Origin: Candidatus Poribacteria bacterium
GTDB lineage: Bacteria; Poribacteria; WGA-4E; UBA9662
Length of the DNA stretch: 64,000 nucleotides
Direction of reading: 5' to 3'
Assembly (NCBI GenBank): GCA_046582655.1
Contig: JAYGDX010000068.1
Location: forward strand, 1 to 64,000
In this document: positions 27,835-38,400 of the stretch, in pieces
Numbering within the stretch: position 1 is the first letter of the stretch
Layout: each line of letters begins with the position of its first letter
The notes under the pieces: generated by a model
The model's input: the letters and a program-made list of their open reading frames with translations, nothing else
What the model was told of the DNA's origin: nothing
Database searches by the model: none
Translations under genes and position numbers: made by a program

Positions 27835-29628
27835 TCAAAGATTGAATTGCTTCCTCCTTTTTGAAAGCTCAACGAGCTCCATAAGTGTTTCAACATCATC
27901 ATGACCTTCTGCAAGGGCAGTTGTGCGGATATTGTGTTCGAGATCCAAGAGCACAAATTGATTAAGTTTCTTTAAACATCCTTCCAGCCTTATTTCTTGG
28001 TTTGGGAGATTATTTTCTTTTAGTGCAAAACTCGCAACTATGTTTTGAATCTCCTGATTATTGCACTCATCAATAAAATTCTGCATCGAAATATTATCAT
28101 CGGCTTCACTTACTTCCCACAACATTTTGGCAATCTTTGAAAACACAGGATGCTTGAAGTCATCATAGCTAAAATTTTCTTTGGCAGTTGGTATAAAACC
28201 CGGATTTTGAAATAGGACTTCTATCAACTGCTGTTCAATCGAGTGACGTGGACTAAGTAAGGTTTTATTTGGTTTAGCCTTTATTCCGGACGATTTGCTC
28301 ACTTTCGGCGGCTGAACACCAAGCGCACGCAGTTCCTGCCATATGACAGCCCGATCTAAATCAAGTTCCTGTGCAGTATAGTTGATGTATTGATCTAACT
28401 CAACTCGACTTTTAATATGGGACAAGGTGTTAGCAATATCTTTCAAGACTTGAGTCTTGACGTCAATCTGCCGAAGCCCGCCCGTCTCCACAACCCGCTG
28501 GATTTGGAATTCAACCAAGTTCATTGCCGAAGCAAGACGCTTGTTAAACGCATCAATTCCATGATCTAATACGAACGCATCGGGATCTTGACCTCCAGAC
28601 AGCATCATTACTCTAACCTTCAAACCCTCTTTTACCAAGTGGTTCAAACCGCGTACTGCCGCTCGGATACCAGCACTATCACCATCAAAAACAATAAAAA
28701 CCTCGTCCACAAATCGTTTGAGGAGACTTGCGTGTGATTCGCTGAAAGATGTTCCAAGTGAAGCAATCACATTCCCGATTCCTTCTTGGCTTAAGCGGAT
28801 AACATCAAAATATCCTTCCACTAGAATTGCCTGACGAGTTTTCTGCATAGTGGGTCTTGCGCTGTGCAGATTGTAGAGGGTTTTACTCTTATCATAAAGT
28901 ATGGTTGACGAAGTGTTGAGATACTTTGGAACGGCATCCGGTGAAAGCACTCTACCACCAAAAGCAACTGGAACACCTCGCTCATCAATGATTGGAAAAA
29001 TTACGCGGTCCCGAAAACGGTCGGTTGTTCTCTTTTCGCCATTTTTGATCAATCCGACATCCAGAAGTTGTTGCTTGGAGGAACCTTGTCGTATTGCATC
29101 TTCAAGGAAATCTCTCGAGCCTCGGGTGGCATATCCAATCTGGAAGGTTCGAATTGTGCTGCTTGAAACCTGTCGGTTTTTCAGATAAATTGAGGCTTTC
29201 TCTCCTATTTGGGAATCGAGCAGATTACGATGGAAATATTTAGTTGCCAACCGATTAAGTTCTTCCAGATTAAGACGTTTCTTTGCCCGTTCTTTTGCTT
29301 GTAGATCCTGCGTTGGCAACGGAACTCCGACTCGATTGGCCAGCCATTCAATCGATTCAATGAATGGCTTATTTTCATACTTCTGAAGGAACGTTATAGT
29401 ATTCCCTCCCATTTGGCATCCAAAGCAGTAAAACATCTGTTTCTCAGATGACACAGTAAACGAGGGCGTCTTCTCATCATGGAAAGGACAGCATGCTTTG
29501 TAATTTTTCCCCACCAACTTCAAAGGGACGCCACATTCCATAATCACTTCGGCAATGTCATTTCTTTGTCGGACTTCATCAATTGTTTCTGAAGGAATGT
29601 GGTTGAAAGATCGAGTAGCCATTGGCAT
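27835..29628 (-). CDS. dnaG: DNA primase
   Basis: CPFHDEKTPSF, YCFGC, FGGR, KYLNT, VEGYFD, FDGDSAG, DPD. Confidence 0.97.
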   Translation of the reverse strand: MPMATRSFNHIPSETIDEVRQRNDIAEVIMECGVPLKLVGKNYKACCPFHDEKTPSFTVSSEKQMFYCFGCQMGGNTITFLQKYENKPFIESIEWLANRVGVPLPTQDLQAKERAKKRLNLEELNRLATKYFHRNLLDSQIGEKASIYLKNRQVSSSTIRTFQIGYATRGSRDFLEDAIRQGSSKQQLLDVGLIKNGEKRTTDRFRDRVIFPIIDERGVPVAFGGRVLSPDAVPKYLNTSSTILYDKSKTLYNLHSARPTMQKTRQAILVEGYFDVIRLSQEGIGNVIASLGTSFSESHASLLKRFVDEVFIVFDGDSAGIRAAVRGLNHLVKEGLKVRVMMLSGGQDPDAFVLDHGIDAFNKRLASAMNLVEFQIQRVVETGGLRQIDVKTQVLKDIANTLSHIKSRVELDQYINYTAQELDLDRAVIWQELRALGVQPPKVSKSSGIKAKPNKTLLSPRHSIEQQLIEVLFQNPGFIPTAKENFSYDDFKHPVFSKIAKMLWEVSEADDNISMQNFIDECNNQEIQNIVASFALKENNLPNQEIRLEGCLKKLNQFVLLDLEHNIRTTALAEGHDDVETLMELVELSKRRKQFNL

Positions 29629-32022
29629 TTATTCTCGTAATTTGACAACGGTTGCCCCCCGTCCACCTTTGGACCGAGGGGCAAGATCAAAATCCAAAAC
29701 GGACGGATGACCGTTCAAAAAATTCTGAATCGCGTCACGCAAGGCACCCGTGCCTTTGCCATGAATGATGCGTACAGACGATAAACCACTAAGAAGAACA
29801 TCATCCAAATATTTATCAATTTCATTAAGTGCATCGTCCACTTTTTTACCGATGAGATTAATTTCAAATTGGACGTTCTCGGTTTTGTTATGTTGGATGT
29901 CTAGAACAGATGTAGAGACTTCAGTGGTGTTATTGAGATCTAATGGAATTCCTATGTCATCCTCCGGAACGCGCATCTTCATGCTACCAACTTGGACTCG
30001 GATCAAATTTCCATTACCTTTTTCTAGTGAAATAATTTCGCCGAACCGATTTAGGCTCTGTATAAGAACCTTATCTCCAACCTGAAGCTTATCAATATAA
30101 GGGGATTGGGTTTGAGATATGTTGGCTTTCTTGGTTTGCTTTAGCCCTTGTTTAGTTTCATCAAGACGATGAAACGCGGCTTTAACACTTTCCTTAGAGG
30201 CCTGTTCACGCCGAATTTGAGCAATTGTCTCCTCGACTGTCCGACGCGCGTCTTTCAAGATACTAGCAGCTTCATTTTTAGCTTCCTGCTTTAAGGTCTC
30301 CCGTTCAAGCCTAAGTGAGTCGATTTCCATTTCGTATTTCCGACGTTTTTCTTCAGTTGATTCCACCCGACGCTGGAGGGTATCACGCTCTGTCTCCAGT
30401 TTGTGTCTTGCTTCTTGCATGTCAATAAGGAGGTCTTCAACAGTAACTTTCTGTTCGCCTATATAAGACTTTGCGGATTCAAGAATTGCGTCAGGCATGC
30501 CCAACCGTTCAGCAATATTAATCGCATTACTACCTCCGGGTAGCCCAATTTGAAGATGGTAACTAGGACGCAACGAACTCCAATCGAATGCCATTGACGC
30601 GTTTATCATGCCGTCCTGATTATGAGCATGTGCTTTCAATACACTATGATGGGTTGTGGCAATCGTTTTTACCCCATATTCCGTCAGCCAATCAATAATT
30701 GCCATACCGAGCGCCACTCCTTCGGCAGGATCAGTACCTGCACCAACCTCATCAAGTAACACAAGTGAATTTTCAGTCATGTTTTTCAGCACATCGATGA
30801 TTTTGGTCATGTGTGAGGAAAAGGTACTCAGATTTTGTTCGATACTCTGTTCATCACCGATATCAGCAAAAATATGATCGAAAACAGCAACTTCACTTCC
30901 ACTTCTAGCTGGAATATGTAAACCGGATTGTGCCATAAGTGTTAACAGACCAAACGCCTTAAGGGCAACTGTTTTTCCTCCAGTATTTGGCCCAGTGATT
31001 ACCATAGTATTAAAATCGCCGCCAAGATATATATCAGTGGGAATGATTTCTTCAAGGGAAGATTCTTTCCTTGAAGAGCGCAAACTAAGCTCAAGTAATG
31101 GATGGCGTGCGGCAACCAGTTTAGTAAACCCGTATTTATTTAATTTGGGTTCTGTTGCCTTTAATTCCAGACTTAGTTGCGCTTTTGCCCCCAAAAATTC
31201 AAGTTCACCTAAGCATTCCATCGTGTTCTCGAGTTCTGGTACTATCTCATAAATTTGGGCAGTCAAGTCATAGAGGACATGATGGATCTCCTCACGCTCC
31301 ACATCGATCAGCTTCGCAATTCGGTTGTTGATTTCGACTGCCTCGAATGGCTCCATAAAAAGCGTCGCTCCACTGGCTGATTGACCATGAACGACACCCT
31401 GAAAATTTCCCTTCGCATCTTGCTTAATAGGGATAACGTAACGGCCATTTCGTGAGGTAATTATACTTTCTTGGATTGACTTGTGATGCTTTGGAGACTG
31501 TAGGATTGAATTAAGTTTTGATTGAAGAGCCTTATGAGTTTTGACAAGTTCCCTGCGAATTGATCTGAGTTCAGGGCTCGCAGAGTCCAAAATTTCGCCT
31601 TCAGAGCCAATAGCATTTTTAATTGCTTCAACAAGGTGTGGAAAGTTGTGAAGGGCATCAAAGATTTTAAACAAATTAGGGAAATCCTGTCGGTTTGACT
31701 TCGATGCTTTATGTTTAATCTTATGACTGATGCCAATCACGTTTGAGATATTATTTAGCTGATCAGGTTGGAGAATAGCACCATGTTTTCTCGCCCGCTT
31801 GAGCGCAGGCGAAATATCTTGAATTCCTCTAAGCGGAAATCCTCCTTGAGTCTGATAAAAACTTTTCGATTCTGTACAAAGTTGCTGATGATGACGGATA
31901 GCATCGATGTGATGAATGGGTTTAAGTTGTTCAACCTTGCATCTGCCTAATTCAGAGAGCGTATGCGTTGCCAATAATAGCTTCAGTTTATCATATTCAA
32001 GAACTTTTTCTGAATAGGCCAT
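29629..32022 (-). CDS. mutS2: Endonuclease MutS2 with Smr domain
   Basis: TGPNTGGKT, DIGDEQSIEQNLSTFSSH, DEVGAGTDP, IIHGKGTGALR. Confidence 0.96.
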   Translation of the reverse strand: MAYSEKVLEYDKLKLLLATHTLSELGRCKVEQLKPIHHIDAIRHHQQLCTESKSFYQTQGGFPLRGIQDISPALKRARKHGAILQPDQLNNISNVIGISHKIKHKASKSNRQDFPNLFKIFDALHNFPHLVEAIKNAIGSEGEILDSASPELRSIRRELVKTHKALQSKLNSILQSPKHHKSIQESIITSRNGRYVIPIKQDAKGNFQGVVHGQSASGATLFMEPFEAVEINNRIAKLIDVEREEIHHVLYDLTAQIYEIVPELENTMECLGELEFLGAKAQLSLELKATEPKLNKYGFTKLVAARHPLLELSLRSSRKESSLEEIIPTDIYLGGDFNTMVITGPNTGGKTVALKAFGLLTLMAQSGLHIPARSGSEVAVFDHIFADIGDEQSIEQNLSTFSSHMTKIIDVLKNMTENSLVLLDEVGAGTDPAEGVALGMAIIDWLTEYGVKTIATTHHSVLKAHAHNQDGMINASMAFDWSSLRPSYHLQIGLPGGSNAINIAERLGMPDAILESAKSYIGEQKVTVEDLLIDMQEARHKLETERDTLQRRVESTEEKRRKYEMEIDSLRLERETLKQEAKNEAASILKDARRTVEETIAQIRREQASKESVKAAFHRLDETKQGLKQTKKANISQTQSPYIDKLQVGDKVLIQSLNRFGEIISLEKGNGNLIRVQVGSMKMRVPEDDIGIPLDLNNTTEVSTSVLDIQHNKTENVQFEINLIGKKVDDALNEIDKYLDDVLLSGLSSVRIIHGKGTGALRDAIQNFLNGHPSVLDFDLAPRSKGGRGATVVKLRE

Positions 32023-32070
32023 ATAATATATTAAGATTTATTAATATTATGCTCTAGATCGCAGTAATGC

Positions 32071-33156
32071 TCAATTTTGAGAGTACTGAAACTTATTCGA
32101 CTCGAAAAGCGCTTTTTCATAGATAGCACGACTTGGTGCAAAACTTAGTCCGACGGCTTGATCATAATAAAATAGCGCGGTTGATATGCGTCCTTCTACT
32201 TTATTCTTCTGTGCTTGTTTTAGATCTTCAACAAATGTATTTGACTCTGTCTCAAATTTCCGGAATTTCTTGCGAACTGCCGTGGTCAAACCGCCTTTTA
32301 TGTCTTTGGCAATTTTATACTCGTGGAATGCTTTCAGATAGTTCACAAAAGTATCGTAGGCGATATCTGCGCCGAGATTAGTCACAGACGGTCTATCTGA
32401 AATAGGCAGATCATTCAAAAGGGATTTGGTACTCTCCATAAGTTCCATGCTTTTATCTTTAATAGCCTTATCCAAGTTTTTTTCGAATTTCGCGATTAAA
32501 CTTTTATAAATTTTGCTGGCTTCTTTATATTGTTCCAGTTTTTTATGACACCGTGCTTGGCTTAACTTGGCAAGTTCAATAACATGGTCACGAAGTGGCA
32601 TATCAATATTAGGATCTGCTGAGTTTATAAAAGTTTCATAGACCTTAATAGCTTCGACATATTGCTCTTGCTGTTCATAGCAATTACCAATTGCCACCCT
32701 AGCGTAAAGAACTAAAAGACTAATCTCAGATTTATCATTGGAAATCTCTTCAAACTTTGATTTTGCCATATCATACTCGCCACGATAGTATTTAATTTTG
32801 GCGAAGTTATAACGTGCTTGATCAGCCGCCGTTCCTTTGTATGTTTGGAAAATTTTTTGAAATTCAGCTTCTACTATCTGAAGCTGATCGGTATTTGCAT
32901 TATCAGAATCAAGCCAATCATTTTCGGCTTCGCTAAACTTTTCAAAGGCTTTTGTAAGTTTAACTGATGCATCTGCTTTTTTACTTTGCATCCGCTGTTG
33001 ACGCAATGTGAGCAAGACAATTCCTAAAATTATAATGGTAGCGATAATAGTAATATTTTTAGAGTGACGCTTGGCAAACGCACTGATATTCAGTACAAAT
33101 TCTATAAAAGAATCGCTTTCGACATCTATCGTATTAGTACGTTCTTTTTGCATCAT
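32071..33156 (-). CDS. Membrane-anchored TPR protein (YfgM-like)
   Basis: One N-terminal TM followed by TPR-like helices (AKIKYYRGEY, IGNCYEQQEQY). Confidence 0.75.
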   Translation of the reverse strand: MMQKERTNTIDVESDSFIEFVLNISAFAKRHSKNITIIATIIILGIVLLTLRQQRMQSKKADASVKLTKAFEKFSEAENDWLDSDNANTDQLQIVEAEFQKIFQTYKGTAADQARYNFAKIKYYRGEYDMAKSKFEEISNDKSEISLLVLYARVAIGNCYEQQEQYVEAIKVYETFINSADPNIDMPLRDHVIELAKLSQARCHKKLEQYKEASKIYKSLIAKFEKNLDKAIKDKSMELMESTKSLLNDLPISDRPSVTNLGADIAYDTFVNYLKAFHEYKIAKDIKGGLTTAVRKKFRKFETESNTFVEDLKQAQKNKVEGRISTALFYYDQAVGLSFAPSRAIYEKALFESNKFQYSQN

Positions 33157-33234
33157 TGTATGGTAATATCTCTTCTAAAGTGTAGTGACGTTATATTTGG
33201 GAACTACTATTGATTCTAATACGTGAAATAGGGA

Positions 33235-33306
33235 AGCGGGAAACGGGACTCGAACCCGCGGCCCTCAGCTTGGGAAGCTGATGCTCTACCACTGAGCTAT
33301 TCCCGC
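33235..33306 (-). tRNA. tRNA-Gly(CCC)
   Basis: GCGGGAATAGCTCAGTGGTAGAGC, TCAGC-TTCCCAA-GCTGA, GGTTCGAGTCC; no encoded CCA. Confidence 0.96.
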
Positions 33307-33322
33307 AAAAAATTTGTCGAGG

Positions 33323-33352
33323 ATTATACTGATTGACTGACTAAATTGTCAA
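33323..33352 (-). promoter_or_regulatory. Consensus sigma70 promoter of tRNA-Gly
   Basis: TTGACA-18 bp-TATAAT. Confidence 0.8.
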
Positions 33353-33396
33353 GGTAATTATAAAAATGTTGCCTTCAATAAAATACCGTTTGGGAT

Positions 33397-34299
33397 CTAT
33401 TTCTCCAAATTCTGCTTGGACTTTTCGCTCAGTTGTGAAGTTCCGTTTTCTAAACTGCTATTTGTTTGTCTCTGCACAAGAAATAACAGGCCCATTCCGG
33501 CGATCAGCAAAGCCACAATCGATACCAAAAGTCCTCTTGATTTATCAGGGTTTTTAAGGATTCGAAATGCTGATATTATTGATATGGAAACTGACAATGT
33601 CAGAACAATTAAACATAGCAGTAAGTGAAGGTTGGCCTTAATTACTAAAAGTGCAACAAGCGAACATATGAAACCCATCAGAGCGGATTTGCTCAAATCG
33701 GCATGTTGTCCATCATCCTGTCCCTGTTGGGAGTGTGGAGACGGAACATCACGGTATGTAGATTCAACAAGCCGAATGAACTCCAGCATCATTTTATGGC
33801 TCTTAAGCCATTTGAAGAGTTCTGGATACTCATGTCTCAGCAGGATCGAAAACTCCTGACGCTGTGCGCTAAAGTCCGTAAATTCTTCCCACTGGTCTTC
33901 ATCAACTGTGTAATAAGGTTCTAATCCAACTTGAAGTTCGCAACCGCGACCAACATGGAGGATAATTTTACCGATTCCTTCTCGATCAGCAATTGTTATG
34001 GACGAGATATCTGTCGGTGCGACTTGTGGTATTTCTGATTCTTCTATCGCTGTCTCTTGGTCAGAGTCCACTTCGTTTTCCAAGTAACTATCTGCAATGA
34101 CCAAATCGATGTGACTAACAATTTCTCGCGCATTGGCTTCGTCTTCGAAACCGACGAATAAAGCAATTTCACGATCGCCAATGTCATTCTGTCGTTGCTT
34201 TGTTAAGGCTTGAATCCCCTCTCGACTCAATTGTGTTTGAATCAACTGAGCATTCCATTGATCAAGTGTAGAATAAATTTCGATCAGATTTTTTTGCAT
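33397..34299 (-). CDS. Membrane protein with DUF2007-like N-terminus and DUF4190-like C-terminal helices
   Basis: IYSTLDQWNAQLIQTQLSREGI; C-terminal SKSALMGFICSL...ILKNPDKSRGLLVSIVAL. Confidence 0.6.
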   Translation of the reverse strand: MQKNLIEIYSTLDQWNAQLIQTQLSREGIQALTKQRQNDIGDREIALFVGFEDEANAREIVSHIDLVIADSYLENEVDSDQETAIEESEIPQVAPTDISSITIADREGIGKIILHVGRGCELQVGLEPYYTVDEDQWEEFTDFSAQRQEFSILLRHEYPELFKWLKSHKMMLEFIRLVESTYRDVPSPHSQQGQDDGQHADLSKSALMGFICSLVALLVIKANLHLLLCLIVLTLSVSISIISAFRILKNPDKSRGLLVSIVALLIAGMGLLFLVQRQTNSSLENGTSQLSEKSKQNLEK

Positions 34300-34324
34300 G
34301 GGTGTGTTACAGTATTAATACTTT

Positions 34325-35030
34325 TCCTCAGATCTCAGCATTCTGCCACTTGATTCACCGCAGGTATTGATCAACTTCAGCCTTAACATGTTCGACGCCC
34401 CAACAACATAGTTGATCGATCATCTCAGCGATCCTCTCCACTTGCAGAAACCTCCTGATCATTGATCATTCTAACCTGCACTCGACGACAAAGGAAATCT
34501 TCAAGATAAATTACCATTTCATTCCGGTAGGTTATCAGTTTACGGCCATACACGAGTACAACTCCACTTTCGGATTCGATGATTTTATGCTCTCTTGAGA
34601 CAAAACCACGATTACTTTAGGTGGCAAGCTGTCGAATGCCAGCATAAGTTATGATAGTAAGTGATTATAGTAATAATCTGCTATATCAACCAAAAAACGG
34701 ATTATGGATCACCTTATATAATTGAGTATAACCACAGGAAGTGGTTTAACAAGTCCCGGCACAATTCGAAGTGGAACTTCACGCTCACTGTATGCTTCAC
34801 TGACAAGCGCAAGATCATGATTTAACAGATAGCGAAAACCGCCATGAATCAATTTAGACGGTGTGCTACTTGTGCCGCTAGCAAAGTCTCCTTGATCAAT
34901 CAGTCCAACCTTTACACCACCATTCATAGCCAGGTCTCGACTTAAGCCACAACCGATAAATCCACCTCCAATTACCAATATATCGAGTTTTTCAATTTTA
35001 AGTATTTCAACATTCTTTAAATCTGGTTCT
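34325..35030 (-). pseudogene. glpD: Glycerol-3-phosphate dehydrogenase remnant
   Basis: DILVIGGG...DFASGTSSTPSKLIHGGFRYL stops at 34709; weak C-terminal-like remnant (EHVKAEVDQYL) near 34360-34395; boundaries approximate. Confidence 0.75.
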
Positions 35031-35365
35031 AAACGAAAACTCAGTTAACGTGGTGTTTTCTACACCAATCCGTAATCAGGGACAGAAAATTTTCGGAGTA
35101 CTTTAGCATATTTCTACGAATTATTTTGACATTATATACTGCAAAAATCAACTTTATCTATAATCCTGAATGAGCGAAAGTATGGTCGTAATTTCTTATT
35201 TGATAAAGTAACTTAAAATACTAAATACTTTACATTTATCAAAAGTCCCATTTTGATCAGTTTTCACAGCTGATATGATCTTTAGATCTCTCTTAGCAAA
35301 ATTCGGAAATAACGCACATTTGGCTTTTTTGATCATCTATATTAAAAAGCCTTTCTAGTTGTCGC

Positions 35366-35394
35366 TTGATGGTACATTGAACTTCTGATATAAT
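35366..35394 (+). promoter_or_regulatory. Putative sigma70 promoter of the secreted protein operon
   Basis: TTGATG-17 bp-TATAAT. Confidence 0.55.
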
Positions 35395-35491
35395 TCTAGA
35401 TCCAGCTTTTACCTAAATGTTCTCTAGTTTTACCTAATGTTCTTTATATAAGACCATATAATAAATTAAAGCATCTAGGACCACCGAAGAA

Positions 35492-38400
35492 TTGATCCGA
35501 CAAAGAAGTTCCCTAGTTTTTGTTCTGTTACTCTTTGCTTCAGTTACACAAGCAATCACTATTTCTGTCCCAAAAGATCAACCTACTATACAAAATGCCA
35601 TCTATGCGGCTTCAGACGGAGACGAAGTGATCGTATCGACCGGGATTTATAAAGAGACAATCACGCTTAGCGGTAAAAATATTATTCTCCGATCAATTAA
35701 CCCAACCGATAAAGAAATAATAAGGGCAACAATTATTGATGGAAATGGCAAGGGTTCTGTCATTACCTTAACTGGGATTGAAGACGAAACATGTGTACTA
35801 TCGGGATTCACAATTACGAACGGTAACTCGATAAATGGTGGAGGAATTAATGGAAACGGTTCTAGCGCGATAATTGAACATTGTTTAATCATTGCAAATT
35901 CATCAATCAGTTTGTTGGCTAATGCTAATGGTGGAGGAATCTATGGTAGCAATGGTATTATTCAATACAACACAATCCGAGGAAACTCGGTAGAGGCCCT
36001 TTCTGGTTCACGTGTGACGGCTAATGGGGGAGCAATCTCCGATTGCAATGGTATTATTCGTAATAATATCATTACAAATAATTTTGCATACGCGCCCTCT
36101 GCAGGTGCTAATGGCGGAGGACTGGCTTATTGTGACGGCATCATTGAAAACAATATTATCGCTAATAATGCTGTATCAGCTTTCTGGGACACTTTCGGTG
36201 GAGGACTGGCTTATTGTGACGGTTATATTATTAATAATACAATCGTTTACAATGAACTTCGATCGAGAACAGGTTTACCTAACTACCAACAAGGGAGCGG
36301 GCTTTACCATTGCAAAGGCACAGTTAAAAACAGCATCATCTGGGACAATCTTAATGGGCTCCCAATTGTGGCAACAAGTACGCCATCTTATTCATGTGTC
36401 GAAGAAGGCGTAATTGGCATTGGCTTAGTCAGTGAGAACCCACAATTTATTGCGCCGCAAAGCTGGGATTTCCGACTCGATGCAGGTTCTCCCTGCATTG
36501 ACGCTGGTGATAACAGAGATGCGCCTCGGACAGATCTTATCGGTACTGAGCGAATTTTGAAAGTTGATATCGGTGCATATGAATGGACGAACCTACCTCT
36601 TGTGCTATGGAGTTCAAGTCAAGTTGACAAACAAACCACACAATTAAAGGGGAAAATTAATTCAAACGGTGCTGTCACTGAATACTATTTCGAATACGGC
36701 AAAACAAACGGTTATGGACTGTCAACAAATGTTAAACAATTAACTGGTGAATTTGCGAATTTGAGCGTGAGTGAAGTAATCACCGATCTAGAACCAAATC
36801 AAACTTATCATTTCCGTTTAAATGCCCAAAATAATGCTGGACTTGTCCATGGAATTAACCAAACGTTTACCTCCAACGTTCCAGTTATTTATGTTCCTGG
36901 AGATCAACCGACAATTCAGGATGCTGTTGATTTTTCCAAAGCCGGTGACACAATTATAATTGCTGACGGAATCTATATAGGATCTCGAAATCAGAATATA
37001 AACTTTCAAGGTAAACCAATTACAGTTAGGTCAGAAAATGGTGCCAATCGTTGTGTGATCAACTGTGAAGGGCTAGGACAAGGTTTCATATTTCATAATA
37101 GCGAAACCACTGAATCAATTATCGCTGGTCTCACAATCACCAATGGACGTGGCAGCGGTGGCGCAATATCGTGCATTGGTGCCTCCCCTACCATTAGAAA
37201 TTGTAGAATCACGAATAATACTGCTACAGGTACTAATGATGGTTACGGCGGCGGGATTTACTGTCGTGATGCGAATCCGGTTATTTCTAATTGTGAGATC
37301 CTCGATAATGATTATGGTGGTGGAATCTATTGTATTCGGTCATCACCAAAAATCTCAGACTGTAAATTCTTGGCCAACAATACCAGCATGAATGGTGGTG
37401 GAATTCGTTGTGATTTCTCTTCACCTGTTATTACAAATAGCATCTTTACTAGTAACACTGCTGAAGGTAACGGTGGAGCCATCTATTGTCAATCCTCTTC
37501 ACCAACGATCACCAACTCAGTTTTTACGCAGAATTCTGCTAGGTATGGAGGAGCAATCGCAGGGCTTATTTATTCAATGCCTTCTATTGTCAACTGCACG
37601 ATCACCGCGAATACTGCAACAGCCATAGGCGGTGCGGTTCATGTTAAAGCTACGTCCTACCCACAAATTATCAACACACTGATTTGGAATAATACACCCG
37701 ATGAAATTCATTTTGAAGGAAATCCTCTTCCCATCTCTTACTCAAATATTAAAGGGGGTTATAAAGGACCTGGCAATATCAACACAAATCCAATTTTTGT
37801 TGATCAGGAATTGAGTGATTATCGACTTGTAACATTAAGTAAATGTATTGGTTCAGCCAGTTTTACTTTCGCCCCACCAACCGACTTACTAGGTGACCTG
37901 AGACAGGATCCACCAACAATAGGCGCCTATGAAGTTGGTGTTAACGCACCGGACCAATACAAAATTCGGGTAGAATCAGACGTAGGAGGCCTGATTCTAC
38001 CAAGTGGAGAAGTGCCTGTAAATCGTAAAATGGACCAATTATTCACCATAAAACCGAATGATGGATATTATCTCGCAGATGTTGAGGTCGATGGAGGTTC
38101 TGTCGGCACAATCACCGAGTACACTTTCAATAAAGTGCGGTCAAATCATACTATTTTTGCCAAATTTATTAGTTTGCCACAATCGCTATCAATTAAAAGC
38201 GAAAAATCGCTCTATAAAGGCAACACAGCCGAAATCTACATCGACTTACTGGATATCAATGGCGATAAGACTAGCGCTGTAGATTCGATCGTCATTGAAT
38301 TGAAGTCAACGAGTGAGAACGCAACTTTCAGCGTAGACATCAACAATACTATTCCAATTAATGAAATCATAATCCCAGAAGGGGAAGATTCTGCTAACTT

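Noticed and set aside
25804..33306. Prophage or island integrated at the tRNAs
   Set aside because: No integrase and no duplicated tRNA 3' end; flanks are housekeeping genes.
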